From Polyangiaceae bacterium (GTDB lineage: Bacteria > Myxococcota_A > Polyangia > Polyangiales > Polyangiaceae), in the NCBI GenBank assembly GCA_965222375.1, contig CBDCTZ010000016.1:1376001-1440000 (forward strand): a stretch of DNA of 64,000 bases, read 5' to 3'. The translations under genes were made by a program, and so were the position numbers. The notes beneath the pieces were generated by a model, which ran no database searches, was not told the DNA's origin, and saw only the letters and a program-made list of their open reading frames with translations. Numbering within the stretch: the stretch's first letter is position 1; every line of letters begins with the position of its first letter. Of the stretch, positions 1-10,614 are shown in pieces.

Positions 1-111
1 GGCTGGACGTATCTTCAGGGGGTTTCTTCGGGGAAAACCAGCCTTCACGATTCCACTGGGTGGGACTATCGACCCGCGGGCCCGTTGACGGGCCGTCCCG
101 GGCCCTCAAAA

Positions 112-1188
112 ATGACCAAGTTGAGTTCCTCTTCCACCCAATTGAGCAAACGTGCCCGCGCGATTCTTTACGCGGTGGTGTCCGAGTTCATCGCAACCGG
201 CGAGCCGGTGGGCAGTCGCACCCTAGTCAAGAAGCACGGTTTTTCGCTCTCAGCTGCCACGATTCGGAACGTGCTGTCGGATCTGGAGGATGCTGGATTT
301 CTGGCTCAGCCCCACACGTCGGCCGGACGTGTACCCACCGAAAGGGCCTTTCGCCTCTTCATAGATGCACTGATGCAGGTACGGCAGCTTTCGGCGGAAG
401 AGCGGCACCGCATCGCCCAGTGGTTCGAAGAGCTCTCCCCAGGCACTGACATCGTACGCGAAACCGGGCGCTTGCTTTCGGATCTGACGGGTTCTGCGGC
501 GGTGCTAGTCCGACCGCGAATCGAAACTCGCGTCGTGGTCAAAGTTCAGTTCATCCCGACCCGACCTGGAGAAGTGCTCAGCGTAATCGTCCTCTCTGAC
601 GGGACTGTCGAGAACCGCTTCATCAATGTCGATCAAGATCTTGCGGCTCCGCTGCTCGAGCGATTGCACGGTCTGTTGGAAGAGGCGACGAACGGCAGAA
701 CTCTCGCAGGATTGCGAGAGTATTTCGTGCAAGCGCTCGCTGACGGCCGGGACGAGGTTGCCAACCTTCGCAGTCTCGGCCTTTCTTTGATGAATGCTGC
801 CATCGACCGAAGTGACCGCGGGATGGATGTGGTTGTCGAAGGCCAGTCCCGTCTCCTGGAGCGAACGGACGCCAGTACCGAGCATTTGCGCGAGTTGCTA
901 CGCGCGCTCGGGGAGCGTGAGAAGCTCGTCGAGCTACTGGATCACGTGCTCAGCACCGACCGCGTGCAGGTCTTCTTGGGCGAGGACACGGCACAGATGG
1001 CCGGGATGCCGGTGAGCCTCGTGGCTGCGCCGTACAAAGACGCTGGGCATCCTGGCGGGGCGGTGGGGGTACTGGGGCCGACGCGGATGGATTACGCGAG
1101 CGTCGTGCCCATCGTGGGAGCCACTGCGGATGCCATGAGCGCAGCGCTGTCGTTGACCGACGATGGCAAGCGTGACGAAGACAGATGA
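112..1188 (+). CDS. hrcA: Heat-inducible transcription repressor HrcA
   Basis: N-terminal wHTH with GEPVGSRTL, SAATIRN and QPHTSAGRVPT; C-terminal GVLGPTRMDY. ATG at 112 preferred over the upstream TTG at 85. Confidence 0.95.
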   Translation: MTKLSSSSTQLSKRARAILYAVVSEFIATGEPVGSRTLVKKHGFSLSAATIRNVLSDLEDAGFLAQPHTSAGRVPTERAFRLFIDALMQVRQLSAEERHRIAQWFEELSPGTDIVRETGRLLSDLTGSAAVLVRPRIETRVVVKVQFIPTRPGEVLSVIVLSDGTVENRFINVDQDLAAPLLERLHGLLEEATNGRTLAGLREYFVQALADGRDEVANLRSLGLSLMNAAIDRSDRGMDVVVEGQSRLLERTDASTEHLRELLRALGEREKLVELLDHVLSTDRVQVFLGEDTAQMAGMPVSLVAAPYKDAGHPGGAVGVLGPTRMDYASVVPIVGATADAMSAALSLTDDGKRDEDR

Positions 1189-1256
1189 TGCGCCAAACCT
1201 CGACCACCACCAGGACTTTCACCTGCCCTGAAGGGGCGTGATACGCTCCCCTGCCC

Positions 1257-2630
1257 ATGCCGACGGCACCTCCTGGACTCCCCGGCCAAACCCCTGGCGA
1301 AAGCCCGGTGGACCGTGCGCTGGCCCTGTCCTTGGCCGATGAGAAGGACTCCGCCTTGCGCTGGGGCGCCTCTCTGCTGCGTAGCGAGCCGGCTTCTCCC
1401 TTGGCGCTGTTGGTGACCGCCCGTCTGCTCGCGGCCTTGGGCAGGCGCGAGGTCGCCGTCGAGGGGCTGGAGGTATGCGTTGCCCGGGCGTTGGACGCTG
1501 GCAATCTGCCTCTTGCGGTCGCAGCTGCGTGCGATCTGAAGACGCTGCGCGCCGACGCCGAGAAGCATCTAGACGAAATAGCCAGAGTCTTCTGTGCGGA
1601 ATCACCTCGACTCCTAGCCAAGGGCGCGGCTCCCCCGGAGCTGCCCGGTGAAGCGGAGCAGTTCCAACCTTTGGCGTCAGCCCTCGCGGGCAAGGCATTG
1701 GTGGCGAAGGCACAAGAGGCCGTTCACGACGCGAAGCGATTGCTCGAGGCGGATCGAGCGGAACACGGTGAGGCACAGAAGGTAGCGCCGCATCCCCTGT
1801 TCTCCGCGCTCACCGAGCCTCAGTTGCGTGCCATGGTGGGGATCTTCGAGATCAGCACCGTCGCGACGGACACGGTGTTGATCGAAGAGGGCACCACCGG
1901 CGCCGAAGCCTTCATCGTGGCGCGTGGGGAATTGGAGGTACGCCGTAACGTCAATGATGACAACGGGAACACCATCGAGACCATGCAGCTTGCGCTGCTT
2001 GGGAACGGCGCCCTGTTCGGGGAGATGGCGCTGCTGAGCCGGGCTCCGCGCGCAGCGAGTGTGTTGGCTCGGCGCCCGAGCCTGATACTCGTGGCCCGGA
2101 AAGAGGCCCTGGATCGGATTGCGGAGAAGCAGCCGCAAGTCGGAGAGCTTTTCGCGGATCACTGCCGCCGCAGGATGGTCGAGAATCTTGTGCGGACTAG
2201 CTCGATCCTGAGCGCGGTGCATGTGGACGAGCGGCCCGCCCTGGTGGACCGTTTCGTAACTCGCACCTACGAGGAGGGGGAGCGCCTGATCGTGCAAGGT
2301 CAAGATTCGGCCGGGCTGCACTTGATAGCCTCCGGCGAGGTGGCGGTGATCCATGACGAAGGTGACGACACGACGGTCATCGCCAAGCTCGGCGTCGGAG
2401 AGGTGGTCGGGGAAGTCGCGCTGGTCTTGCGCCGCCCCTCCAGCGCAGATGTCATCGCTAACTGCCCTACCGTCACTTTGCATCTTCCTCGGGAGCGCTT
2501 CCTGGAGCTGATCAAAGAACATCCAGCGATTCTCGCGGAGCTGTACGAACTCGCGATCAAACGGGACGAGGAAACGAGCACGATCGTGGCGCAAGAAGCC
2601 ACGGAAGCCGACGAATTCATCTTGATTTGA
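1257..2630 (+). CDS. Tandem cyclic-nucleotide-binding domain protein
   Basis: Two cNMP-binding signatures (FGEMALLSRAPRAASV; VGEVALVLRRPSSADV) after a helical N-terminus. Confidence 0.85.
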   Translation: MPTAPPGLPGQTPGESPVDRALALSLADEKDSALRWGASLLRSEPASPLALLVTARLLAALGRREVAVEGLEVCVARALDAGNLPLAVAAACDLKTLRADAEKHLDEIARVFCAESPRLLAKGAAPPELPGEAEQFQPLASALAGKALVAKAQEAVHDAKRLLEADRAEHGEAQKVAPHPLFSALTEPQLRAMVGIFEISTVATDTVLIEEGTTGAEAFIVARGELEVRRNVNDDNGNTIETMQLALLGNGALFGEMALLSRAPRAASVLARRPSLILVARKEALDRIAEKQPQVGELFADHCRRRMVENLVRTSSILSAVHVDERPALVDRFVTRTYEEGERLIVQGQDSAGLHLIASGEVAVIHDEGDDTTVIAKLGVGEVVGEVALVLRRPSSADVIANCPTVTLHLPRERFLELIKEHPAILAELYELAIKRDEETSTIVAQEATEADEFILI

Positions 2631-2673
2631 GGGGTGGTCTGGGGACTTTCCGGCCCAAAAAGCCGGCTCATCC

Positions 2674-2702
2674 TTGACCCAGCTCGTTTCGGTAGCTATG
2701 CC
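2674..2702 (+). promoter_or_regulatory. Putative sigma70-type promoter of skp-lpxD-fabZ-lpxA
   Basis: TTGACC-17 nt-TATGCC, 6 nt before ATG 2709. Confidence 0.45.
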
Positions 2703-2708
2703 CGCGCC

Positions 2709-3296
2709 ATGACAAAGGGCTTTTTCAAGCAGGGCTTTCTTGTACTCGTGGCCGCCTTGCTGGTGAGCTTGCTGGCGCCAGCGGCGCAGGCTCAGGGCAA
2801 AATTGCAGTGGTCGACACTCAGCGCGCGATCATGGAAACCGAGGACGGCTTGCGGGCGCAGGCTACGCTGAAGAAGCTCTTTGACAAGCGTCAGCGCGAG
2901 CTCGACCGAAAGCAGACGGAACTCCAACAAGAACGTGAGGACATCGAGAAGCAGCGCGAGGTGCTGAGCAAGGCTGCTTTGCAGAAGCGCGTCGAAAAAT
3001 GGCAGCGTGAGATGATTCAGCTCCAGACCGTCTTCGTTCAGTACAACAAAGAGCTCCAGAAGAAGCAGAACGAGCTGACCCAGCCGATCTTCACCAAGGC
3101 CATGGGACTGATTCGACGCATGGCCACCCAGGAAGGCTTTGACGTGGTCATGGACAAGCAAGCCGTGCCCTACGTTCGGAGCGACCTAGACCTCACGGAC
3201 CGCGTCATCACCCTATACAATCAGGGTAAGGGTAGCGCCCCCGCCGCGGGGAAGAAGTCCAAGAAGCCCGCGAAACCCGCCGCCAAGTCCAACTGA
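2709..3296 (+). CDS. skp: OmpH/Skp outer-membrane chaperone
   Basis: Signal peptide (AQAQ), KIAVVD motif, long coiled coil, DLTDRVI C-terminus; lies upstream of lpxD. Confidence 0.9.
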   Translation: MTKGFFKQGFLVLVAALLVSLLAPAAQAQGKIAVVDTQRAIMETEDGLRAQATLKKLFDKRQRELDRKQTELQQEREDIEKQREVLSKAALQKRVEKWQREMIQLQTVFVQYNKELQKKQNELTQPIFTKAMGLIRRMATQEGFDVVMDKQAVPYVRSDLDLTDRVITLYNQGKGSAPAAGKKSKKPAKPAAKSN

Positions 3297-3328
3297 GCAT
3301 CGCTCTCTAGCGGCGCTCCAATTCGATC

Positions 3329-4327
3329 ATGGGTGCGCCCCCAACCTTGCGGTACGAGCCTGGGGCATCCCGGCCTTCTGGGCGTATCGCAGCGGCTCCG
3401 ACGGCGGACGCCAGGGGAGTGGAGTTGCCGCAACCCCTCTTCGTCGCCGCACTCGCTCGGGAGTATGGCGTTGAGCTGGACTCACGTCTCACGCGGGTAG
3501 TGGTTCGGCGCATCGTGGAGCCTACCTGGGCCTCCGCAGAAGACGATCTGGTTTTCGTTGCAAACCCTCGGGCTGCGGTCCCGTCGTCGGCAGTGGCAAT
3601 CTGCGTTCCCCAACTCTCGGCCAAATTCGATCCGGCTCGCTGCCTAGTCCACGCGCAGCCGTTATGGGTGCTGGCCTGCTTGCTAGAGCGGGTGGAGGCT
3701 CAGGCAAAGCAGCGCTTCGGCGAAGCGAGCGTGGACCCGAATGCCAGCCTCGCTGAGGGCGTGGTCGTACAGCCGGGGGCTCGCATCGGTTCGGGAACGA
3801 TCGTCGAAGAAAACACGGTGATCTACGCGGGCGTGCATGTCGGCCGCGGCGCTCGTATCGGAGCAAACTCGGTGATCGGTCGACCAGGCTTTGGATTCGT
3901 CGAGGGACCGGATGGCATTCAGAAACGTATGCCCCAACTGGGTGGAGTTGTCGTCGAAGACGATGTCGAAATCGGCCCGCTATGCACCGTCGACGCGGGC
4001 ACCCTTGTCCCGACCCGCGTGAAGCGCGGCAGCAAACTCGATGCGCACGTGCACGTTGGGCACAACGTCGTCATCGGGCAAGGATGTCTTATTGCAGCGC
4101 AGGTTGGTTTTGCCGGATCCGTCGTTGTGGGTGATGGCGTCCGGGTCGGCGGTCAAGCTGGCTTCAAGGATCATGTTCGCGTAGGGGATGGCGCTCGAAT
4201 CGCAGCGAAGAGCGGCGTGATTGGGAATATACCGCCGGGGGCGGTCGTCGCTGGCTTTCCTGCAGTCGATAAAGGAAGATGGCTTCGCGCCATGGCCGAG
4301 CTCCTGCGCGGCAAGAGGCAGACATGA
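3329..4327 (+). CDS. lpxD: UDP-3-O-acylglucosamine N-acyltransferase
   Basis: Hexapeptide repeats; [30 protein letters not shown]; gene order. Confidence 0.9.
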   Translation: MGAPPTLRYEPGASRPSGRIAAAPTADARGVELPQPLFVAALAREYGVELDSRLTRVVVRRIVEPTWASAEDDLVFVANPRAAVPSSAVAICVPQLSAKFDPARCLVHAQPLWVLACLLERVEAQAKQRFGEASVDPNASLAEGVVVQPGARIGSGTIVEENTVIYAGVHVGRGARIGANSVIGRPGFGFVEGPDGIQKRMPQLGGVVVEDDVEIGPLCTVDAGTLVPTRVKRGSKLDAHVHVGHNVVIGQGCLIAAQVGFAGSVVVGDGVRVGGQAGFKDHVRVGDGARIAAKSGVIGNIPPGAVVAGFPAVDKGRWLRAMAELLRGKRQT

Positions 4328-4785
4328 AGCAAGAAGCCCCCGTCAAACTGGATATCCAGAAGATCCTGGAAATCCTGCCCCACCGCTATCCCTTCGTCAT
4401 GGTGGATCGCGTTACCAGCTTGAGCCCGAGCCAGGACATCCACGGCGTGAAAATGGTCAGTCACAACGAGCCTTGGGTCATCGGCCACTTCCCCGGTCGC
4501 CCGATCATGCCAGGGGTTCTGATCATCGAAGCCTTGGCTCAGATTGGCGGCATTCTGGCCTACGCATCCGATCCCGTCGATCCTCGAACTCATCTCATGT
4601 ACTTCCTAGGCATCGACAAGGCGAAGTTCCGCAACACCGTCACGCCGGGGGATCGCCTGGATCTGCACGTGGAAGTGATGCAGCATCGAACGAACGTTTG
4701 GAAGTTTCGCGGAGAAGCGACCGTTGACGGTACGCTTTGCGCGCAGGGCGAAATGCTCGCGTCCATCGTCGCGCGTGAGGGCTGA
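4324..4785 (+). CDS. fabZ: 3-hydroxyacyl-ACP dehydratase
   Basis: [11 protein letters not shown] and [24 protein letters not shown] overlap with lpxD. Confidence 0.95.
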   Translation: MKQEAPVKLDIQKILEILPHRYPFVMVDRVTSLSPSQDIHGVKMVSHNEPWVIGHFPGRPIMPGVLIIEALAQIGGILAYASDPVDPRTHLMYFLGIDKAKFRNTVTPGDRLDLHVEVMQHRTNVWKFRGEATVDGTLCAQGEMLASIVAREG

Positions 4786-5550
4786 GTGGCGTCTACGGTG
4801 CACCCGACTGCGGTTGTTGCCGCAGATGCGCAGCTCGGAGACAACGTTGTGGTTGGCCCCTTTTGCTACGTGGGCCCGGGCGTCCAGCTAGGTGCCGGTA
4901 CCCAACTGGTCGCTCATGCATCCGTGCTAGGGCCCACTCGTTTGGGGGCTCAGAACAAAGTCTTTCCTCATGCGACCCTGGGGGCGGAGCCCCAAGACAA
5001 GAGTCACGGTGAGGAGCCAACCTGGCTCGAGATCGGGGACAGAAACGTATTCCGTGAACAGGTCACAGTGCATCGCGGCACGGCGAAGGGTGCCGGGGTC
5101 ACGAAGATCGGCGATGACACGTGGCTGTTGGTTGGGGCGCATGTGGCGCACGATTGTATCGTTGGGAGCCGGGTGGTTTTGACCAACATGACTACCCTGG
5201 GGGGGCACGTTTCCGTGTCCGACAACGTCGTCTGTGGCGGGCACGTTGCAGTAGCTCCTTTCGTACGTCTTGGTCGCGGAGCCTTCATAGCGGGTGGCGC
5301 ATGCGTGGAGCGGGATGTTCCTCCGTTCATGACAGCCGCTGGTGACAGGGCCCGCGTGCGTTCTGTCAATACGGTTGGGCTCGAGCGCATGGGGGTCGAC
5401 GCAGACCGACGGCGGCTGCTGAAGAAGGCGTTTCGCATGCTGTACCGAGCTGGTGTTCCGCTATCCCAAGCGCTGTCCGCGGTACGGCAAGAGCTGGGCT
5501 CTGAGCCGCTAGTACTAGAACTCGTGGAGTTCTTGACGTCGACTTCGTGA
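4786..5550 (+). CDS. lpxA: Acyl-ACP:UDP-GlcNAc O-acyltransferase
   Basis: VHPTAVV, EPQDK, HRGT, HVAHDC, NTVGLER. Confidence 0.95.
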   Translation: MASTVHPTAVVAADAQLGDNVVVGPFCYVGPGVQLGAGTQLVAHASVLGPTRLGAQNKVFPHATLGAEPQDKSHGEEPTWLEIGDRNVFREQVTVHRGTAKGAGVTKIGDDTWLLVGAHVAHDCIVGSRVVLTNMTTLGGHVSVSDNVVCGGHVAVAPFVRLGRGAFIAGGACVERDVPPFMTAAGDRARVRSVNTVGLERMGVDADRRRLLKKAFRMLYRAGVPLSQALSAVRQELGSEPLVLELVEFLTSTS

Positions 5551-5583
5551 TTGCCGGCGAAAGGCTCTGAGTCGCGGTCGAGG

Positions 5584-8520
5584 TTACTTGCTCTCGAAGA
5601 GGTCGTCGAATACCGCGTCGAAGTCGTCCTCGCCGTTTGCGGCCTTTTGTGCTGGGACCGGCGCCTCCCCAGGCGCCAGAGCCGCAATGCGGTCGCTAAC
5701 GTCGCGATAGCCGGGGTCGCGCCGGGCGATCTTCTTGAAGTAGTACAAGGCTTCCTTGGGGCTTCCCTTCATCTCGTAGACGTTGCCCAAGTCGTAGTAG
5801 AGGGCCATTTCCTGCTCTACTGTCTTCTGGGGTGCTTCCAGAGCGGCAACGTAGGCGCGAGCGGCTTCATCCAGTTCACCCCGCTCGAGTCGAATCATGC
5901 CGATCATCGCGTGGCACATGCACTCGCGGGTCGCGTCTTTGGCAGCCAGATGAAATTCGTTGATGGCGTCGCCGAGCAGACCCATTTCCTTATAGGCCAC
6001 ACCCAAGTCGTAGTGGGTAGCGCTGTCTGCCTCCGCCACCTGCGCTCGCACTCCCTCCTTGAATTTCTCGAACACCTGGTCGACGTCGACGTTGTCCGCT
6101 GGCGCCGCTGCCGAGTCCACGGGCTGCGCCTGCTCCAATTGGTCCAGGGCTTCCAAGCTTGCCGCAATGTCGAAGGCGCGATCACCCTCGCTCTCGGTCT
6201 CGGATTCTTCTTTGTCGTGGGGGAGCTGCTGCCCCGGCTGTAGCTGCGAGCGATCAATGGTCCGGCTCTCACCAGCCGCCGCCAGGATGTCGTCAATCTC
6301 TCTCTGCCGCTCGATCAGCAGCGGGTGCCCCGGAGTCCTGCTCAGCTGATCTGAGACGATGGCGCGCGCGTCGTCGTACAGCCCCCGCGCGACGAAGAAC
6401 TCGGCTTCTTCCAAGGCCTCCTCCACGGCCATCGTATCCGTGGCCGTGGGTTCCGTAGAGCTGTGGTCAGCTTGGGGCGAGAGATCGAGATCGTCGACAG
6501 ATGGCGCCGTGGCTCGCGGGGAGCTCTCGTATTCGAGCCCCAAGGGGAAGGATGGCAACGGTTGGTCTGCGAACGGCTCATCAACGCTCGCGTCCGCGAA
6601 GGGATCGGATTCTGCGTACTGGCCGGCGTCGTCGTCGGAAAACGGCTCCGTGCTCGCCATTGCGCTGGACGCGCTCACCTCCTCCAGATCGTAGGAGGGC
6701 AGCGGAGCTTGGGGATCGTAACCGTCGAAGCTCTGTTCGGTGTTGTACGCCGTCTCCGGCTCCGCGTATTGGACTTCCGTCGCAGTCGAGTCGTAGCGGT
6801 CATAGCCGGGGTGGTCGTAAACGACATGCCCCTCTTCTTGTGAAGCGTATCCCTCTTCGGTTGCGTATTCCTCCGCAGGTCCTTCGTAGGCTGGCGGCTC
6901 ACGGCTCTGGCGCTCGTAGGCTTGCGAGTCGTACCCCTGTTGCTCGTATTCTCCTTCGTAGGCCTGTTGGTCGTATGCCGAGGGGTCGTATCCGACGGCT
7001 TGCCCGGTCTCCGCTTCGGCGCTCCACTCCATGCCGGCCTGGGTGTTCTCGCCTCCCATGTGGTCCAGCATCTCGAGGGCCGCAGGGTGACCTGGCTCCG
7101 CCTCCAGAACCTCGTAGAGCATCAGTTCGGCTCGTGACGGATCACCACCCTCCAGGTACAAGGCCGCCAAGGTGATCGACTCACCAATGGCGTTATCCCG
7201 GTCACCGCTTTCGATCAGAATTTCCCGAAGCTTTTCTCGGGCTTCGACGGAGCGGGGGTCGACTTCCAAGGCGATGTGCAGGACCTCGAGCGCCTTGGAA
7301 TACAAGCGCAGCCGACGGAAAGATTCTGCGTCGACGACAGCCTTCTTGGCGTGCTCGCGAGCCTCGAAGGCGTCGCCGTCGTCCAGCTCTTCTGCGACCT
7401 GCAGATTGTCATCCACGACAACCACGTCCGGCGCGCTCGCTTGGGTGGCACGGATTTCCGGATTGCTCTGGCGGTTTAGCTGGAATGGCGCTTCGTCAGC
7501 GGTGTCATCGACAGACTCTTCTTCGTCGATGAGTTCGAGATCCGCATCGTCCACATGGACAGCGGACACTGATCGCTCCCGAGCTGGAGGTGGTGCTCCT
7601 GCCTGAGTCAGCGCACGCACCTGCTCGTCATCAGGTGCGATCTTGTTGAGGTGCGCTAGGAGTTCGTCGAATAGGTCCTGGCGTTCGGATTCCCGGGCGA
7701 TCCTCGCCATTTCCTTATAGACCTCGATGGCCTTCTCGGATTGGTTGATCAGGGTGAACGCCTGCGCTAGCAGCGCAAGGGTATCCAGATCCTTCGGGTC
7801 CGCCTGGAAGCAGACCTGGAGCTTGGCAAGGGCCTGCATGCCGTCCTCGGCGCCACCGCGCGCCAGGTAGAGTTCTGCCGCCATGCGCGCGAACTTGGGA
7901 TCCGCCTTGAAGTGAAGGATCCTTTCGATGACCTTGAGGGCGTCATCCCGACGGCCCAGCTTCAGCAGGAGCTCGGCGGCCGTCCAAAACGCCTCGACGG
8001 CGTCGTCAAGGGACTGTACGCGGCAACATGCCTCCGCCAACCGCAGGTGTGGCAGCGGATTCGTTCCGTCCAGCTCCACCATCTTGCGGAACACGTCGAT
8101 TGCGTCGCGCTCGCGCCCGGTGCGCTGAAACGTGGTAGCGACCTCATCGTAGGCTTGGAGCGCGTCGCTCGTCAGTCCGAGCTGGGTGTAGATCTCGGCC
8201 AACCGAGGCACGATGTGCGCATACCGGTCGGAAAGATCCGGTGCGTGCTTCCGGATGAGCTCCCGGATCTGCTTGTAAACGGCGATGGCCTTCAGAGCGA
8301 AGCCTTGCTTGGCGTAGTAGCTCCCGACCTTGTCGTAAGTCGCGATGGCATCCGGGTAGGCCTGCATTCGGGCCTGCAGATCGCCGACCTTCAGTAGGGT
8401 GCGTGCGTCATTGGGATCGCTCGCTACGATCTTCTGGTATTCCTCGACCGCCCGGTCGTACCGCTTCTTGTCCACCCACTTCTGGGCAGACTGGAGGATC
8501 TTCTCGCGATCTATCGACAC
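5584..8520 (-). CDS. Large TPR protein, SgmX-like (type IV pilus motility / MglA effector family)
   Basis: N-terminal TPR array (GFALKAIAVYKQI), long acidic Tyr-rich linker, C-terminal TPRs with THYDLGVAYKEMGL and YRDV; architecture as recalled for M. xanthus SgmX. GTG start at 8520 lies downstream of a promoter. Confidence 0.75.
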   Translation of the reverse strand: MSIDREKILQSAQKWVDKKRYDRAVEEYQKIVASDPNDARTLLKVGDLQARMQAYPDAIATYDKVGSYYAKQGFALKAIAVYKQIRELIRKHAPDLSDRYAHIVPRLAEIYTQLGLTSDALQAYDEVATTFQRTGRERDAIDVFRKMVELDGTNPLPHLRLAEACCRVQSLDDAVEAFWTAAELLLKLGRRDDALKVIERILHFKADPKFARMAAELYLARGGAEDGMQALAKLQVCFQADPKDLDTLALLAQAFTLINQSEKAIEVYKEMARIARESERQDLFDELLAHLNKIAPDDEQVRALTQAGAPPPARERSVSAVHVDDADLELIDEEESVDDTADEAPFQLNRQSNPEIRATQASAPDVVVVDDNLQVAEELDDGDAFEAREHAKKAVVDAESFRRLRLYSKALEVLHIALEVDPRSVEAREKLREILIESGDRDNAIGESITLAALYLEGGDPSRAELMLYEVLEAEPGHPAALEMLDHMGGENTQAGMEWSAEAETGQAVGYDPSAYDQQAYEGEYEQQGYDSQAYERQSREPPAYEGPAEEYATEEGYASQEEGHVVYDHPGYDRYDSTATEVQYAEPETAYNTEQSFDGYDPQAPLPSYDLEEVSASSAMASTEPFSDDDAGQYAESDPFADASVDEPFADQPLPSFPLGLEYESSPRATAPSVDDLDLSPQADHSSTEPTATDTMAVEEALEEAEFFVARGLYDDARAIVSDQLSRTPGHPLLIERQREIDDILAAAGESRTIDRSQLQPGQQLPHDKEESETESEGDRAFDIAASLEALDQLEQAQPVDSAAAPADNVDVDQVFEKFKEGVRAQVAEADSATHYDLGVAYKEMGLLGDAINEFHLAAKDATRECMCHAMIGMIRLERGELDEAARAYVAALEAPQKTVEQEMALYYDLGNVYEMKGSPKEALYYFKKIARRDPGYRDVSDRIAALAPGEAPVPAQKAANGEDDFDAVFDDLFESK

Positions 8521-8580
8521 GACATACTGGACCGCTCCAACCCGGCTAGACCGGGCCGAAGGCATTGAGGGCAGCGCCAA

Positions 8581-8610
8581 ATTCTATGCGATATCAGGGG
8601 GTTCGGTCAA
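8581..8610 (-). promoter_or_regulatory. Sigma70-type promoter for the TPR gene
   Basis: Minus strand TTGACC-18 nt-TAGAAT. Confidence 0.6.
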
Positions 8611-8635
8611 GAATCCCCCCGGGCCAGAAAGCCTC

Positions 8636-9043
8636 TCAAAAGGGCTTGCTAAGGGCCAAAAACGCCGCGCATACCGCACAGATGACCAGCGCCAGACCCA
8701 TACCAGAGGCGGCCTTGACCGGCTCGTCATCGCTCAGCCGCTTGGCGCGTGCGCCAAGGATGTGATGGAGCGCGATCACCACCAGCACGAATGTCAGCTT
8801 CGGGTGCATCCACCGAGTCTGGGCCAGGTACAGGCTGGTGTTCATGGCCAGGATGGCTGCACCACCCACCAGCGACGCGATGAAGCCCGGGACCGCCAGC
8901 CGGCGGTAGATGCGCAGCGCGATTTCCCGCCGCGGGGCTGAAGGGCCCTTCATGCCAAGCGCAACGGCCACCCCGGCAATTCCGCCGATCCACAGCAGGT
9001 TCCCTGCCATATGAAGGACAAGCAACAGTGTCTTGGTAGCCAT
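8636..9043 (-). CDS. CopD/HemJ-like (protoporphyrinogen oxidase family) membrane protein
   Basis: 4 TM segments; LHMAGNLLWIGG and WMHPKLTFV motifs. Confidence 0.7.
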   Translation of the reverse strand: MATKTLLLVLHMAGNLLWIGGIAGVAVALGMKGPSAPRREIALRIYRRLAVPGFIASLVGGAAILAMNTSLYLAQTRWMHPKLTFVLVVIALHHILGARAKRLSDDEPVKAASGMGLALVICAVCAAFLALSKPF

Positions 9044-9137
9044 TGTCGCGCAGCATAGTGAAGACAGCTCCAGTCCGGGAGCCCTGAACTTTTCGCGTCT
9101 TGCGTATGGGCAGCTGCCGTCGCATGGTCTGCTGGCC

Positions 9138-10586
9138 ATGACGACCGTCAGTGCCACGTACCGCGCTCCCTTCGCACCGGACGGAGCCCAGGCCCTGGAC
9201 CCAGAAACCTGCCACAAACTGCTGGGCGTGGCCCTCGCCCACGGGGGCGACTATGCGGATCTGTACTTCGAGTATCGCGCGGCTGCCTCGATGGTCTTCG
9301 AGGAAGGAATCACCCGGAGCGCTTCCCGCGGCGTGTCCCTTGGGCTTGGGGTCCGGGTCCAGCGTGGGGACGCGACCGGCTACGCCTATGTCGAGGATCT
9401 GAGCTGGGAGGCGATGAAGCGAGCCGCGGAGACGGCGGCGCGAATTGCTGAGAGCGGCGGGGGCATTGCCCCAGCCGAGCTGGGCCGAATGACCTTGCCG
9501 GCGCGCTACGAACTCGACCAGCTCAGCATCGATGTGTCGGGATTGGATAAGCGAGCACTCTTGGAACGCGCAAGTCGCGCGGCGCTCGCGCAAGACAAGC
9601 GGATCGTGAAAGCAGACGCGAGTTTTGTCGAAGAAGTTCGCGAGATCCTGGTTGCCACCAGTGATGGTCGTTTCGCGCACGACGTGCAACCCCTCATGCG
9701 GTTCGGCGTGTCGGCGATCGCCGAGCAAGAGGGCAAGCGCGAGTCAGGGCGCAGCGGCGGGGGTGGTCGAATGACACTGGGCTACTTCGACGACAAACCC
9801 CCAGAGTGGCATGCCGAGCGCGCAGTCGGCCAAGCCATCACCCTGCTGGACGCTCGTCCGGCCCCGGCTGGGCAACTTCAAGTCGTGCTTTCTCCCGGGG
9901 ACAGCGGCATCTTGTTGCACGAAGCCGTTGGCCATGGGTTGGAGGCGGACTTCAACCGCAAGGGCACTAGCAACTACACGGGCAAGGTTGGCGAGCGCGT
10001 CGCCAGCGAATTATGCACGGTGGTGGACGACCCGACCTTCTTGCAGAGCCGCGGCTCGATCAACGTTGACGACGAAGGTATCGAGCCAGAGGCCAGCACG
10101 CTGATCGAAGAGGGAATGCTTCGGGGGTACATGCAAGACCGCCTGTCCGCTCGTCACTTCAAGACAGAGCCGAGTGGGAACGGTCGACGCGAGAGCTTCA
10201 AGTGCGCGCCAATGCCGAGAATGACCAACACCGTGTTGCTCGCTGGGCCCCACGACTCAGAAGAGATCCTGCGAAGCGTCAAGAAGGGGGTTTACGCCAA
10301 AACCTTTGGCGGTGGCCAGGTCGATATTTCCAATGGCGACTTCGTGTTCTCGCTTACGGAGAGCTACCTGATTGAAGACGGCAAGCTCACGGCGCCACTG
10401 AAGGGTGTGAACCTGATCGGCAACGGTCCCGAGACCCTCGGGCAAGTCAGCATGCTCGGAAACGACGTCGAGCTATCTGACGGCATTTGGACCTGTGGCA
10501 AGGACGGCCAGAGCGTTCCTGTTGGCGTTGGTTGCCCGACTATCAAGATCGAGCAGATTACCGTCGGTGGCACGCAGATCGGGTGA
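9138..10586 (+). CDS. tldD: Metalloprotease TldD
   Basis: GILLHEAVGHGLEADFNRKG, PRMTNT, CGKDGQSVPVGVG. Confidence 0.93.
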   Translation: MTTVSATYRAPFAPDGAQALDPETCHKLLGVALAHGGDYADLYFEYRAAASMVFEEGITRSASRGVSLGLGVRVQRGDATGYAYVEDLSWEAMKRAAETAARIAESGGGIAPAELGRMTLPARYELDQLSIDVSGLDKRALLERASRAALAQDKRIVKADASFVEEVREILVATSDGRFAHDVQPLMRFGVSAIAEQEGKRESGRSGGGGRMTLGYFDDKPPEWHAERAVGQAITLLDARPAPAGQLQVVLSPGDSGILLHEAVGHGLEADFNRKGTSNYTGKVGERVASELCTVVDDPTFLQSRGSINVDDEGIEPEASTLIEEGMLRGYMQDRLSARHFKTEPSGNGRRESFKCAPMPRMTNTVLLAGPHDSEEILRSVKKGVYAKTFGGGQVDISNGDFVFSLTESYLIEDGKLTAPLKGVNLIGNGPETLGQVSMLGNDVELSDGIWTCGKDGQSVPVGVGCPTIKIEQITVGGTQIG

Positions 10587-10614
10587 GAGCCCGTCGACGC
10601 GCGCTCGCGCCGTC

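Noticed and set aside
1677..3161. Long antisense/alternate-frame ORFs (also 15264-16784, 8727-9728, 45456-46580 frame, 48295-49473)
   Set aside because: Shadow ORFs typical of high-GC DNA, overlapping well-supported genes and lacking motifs
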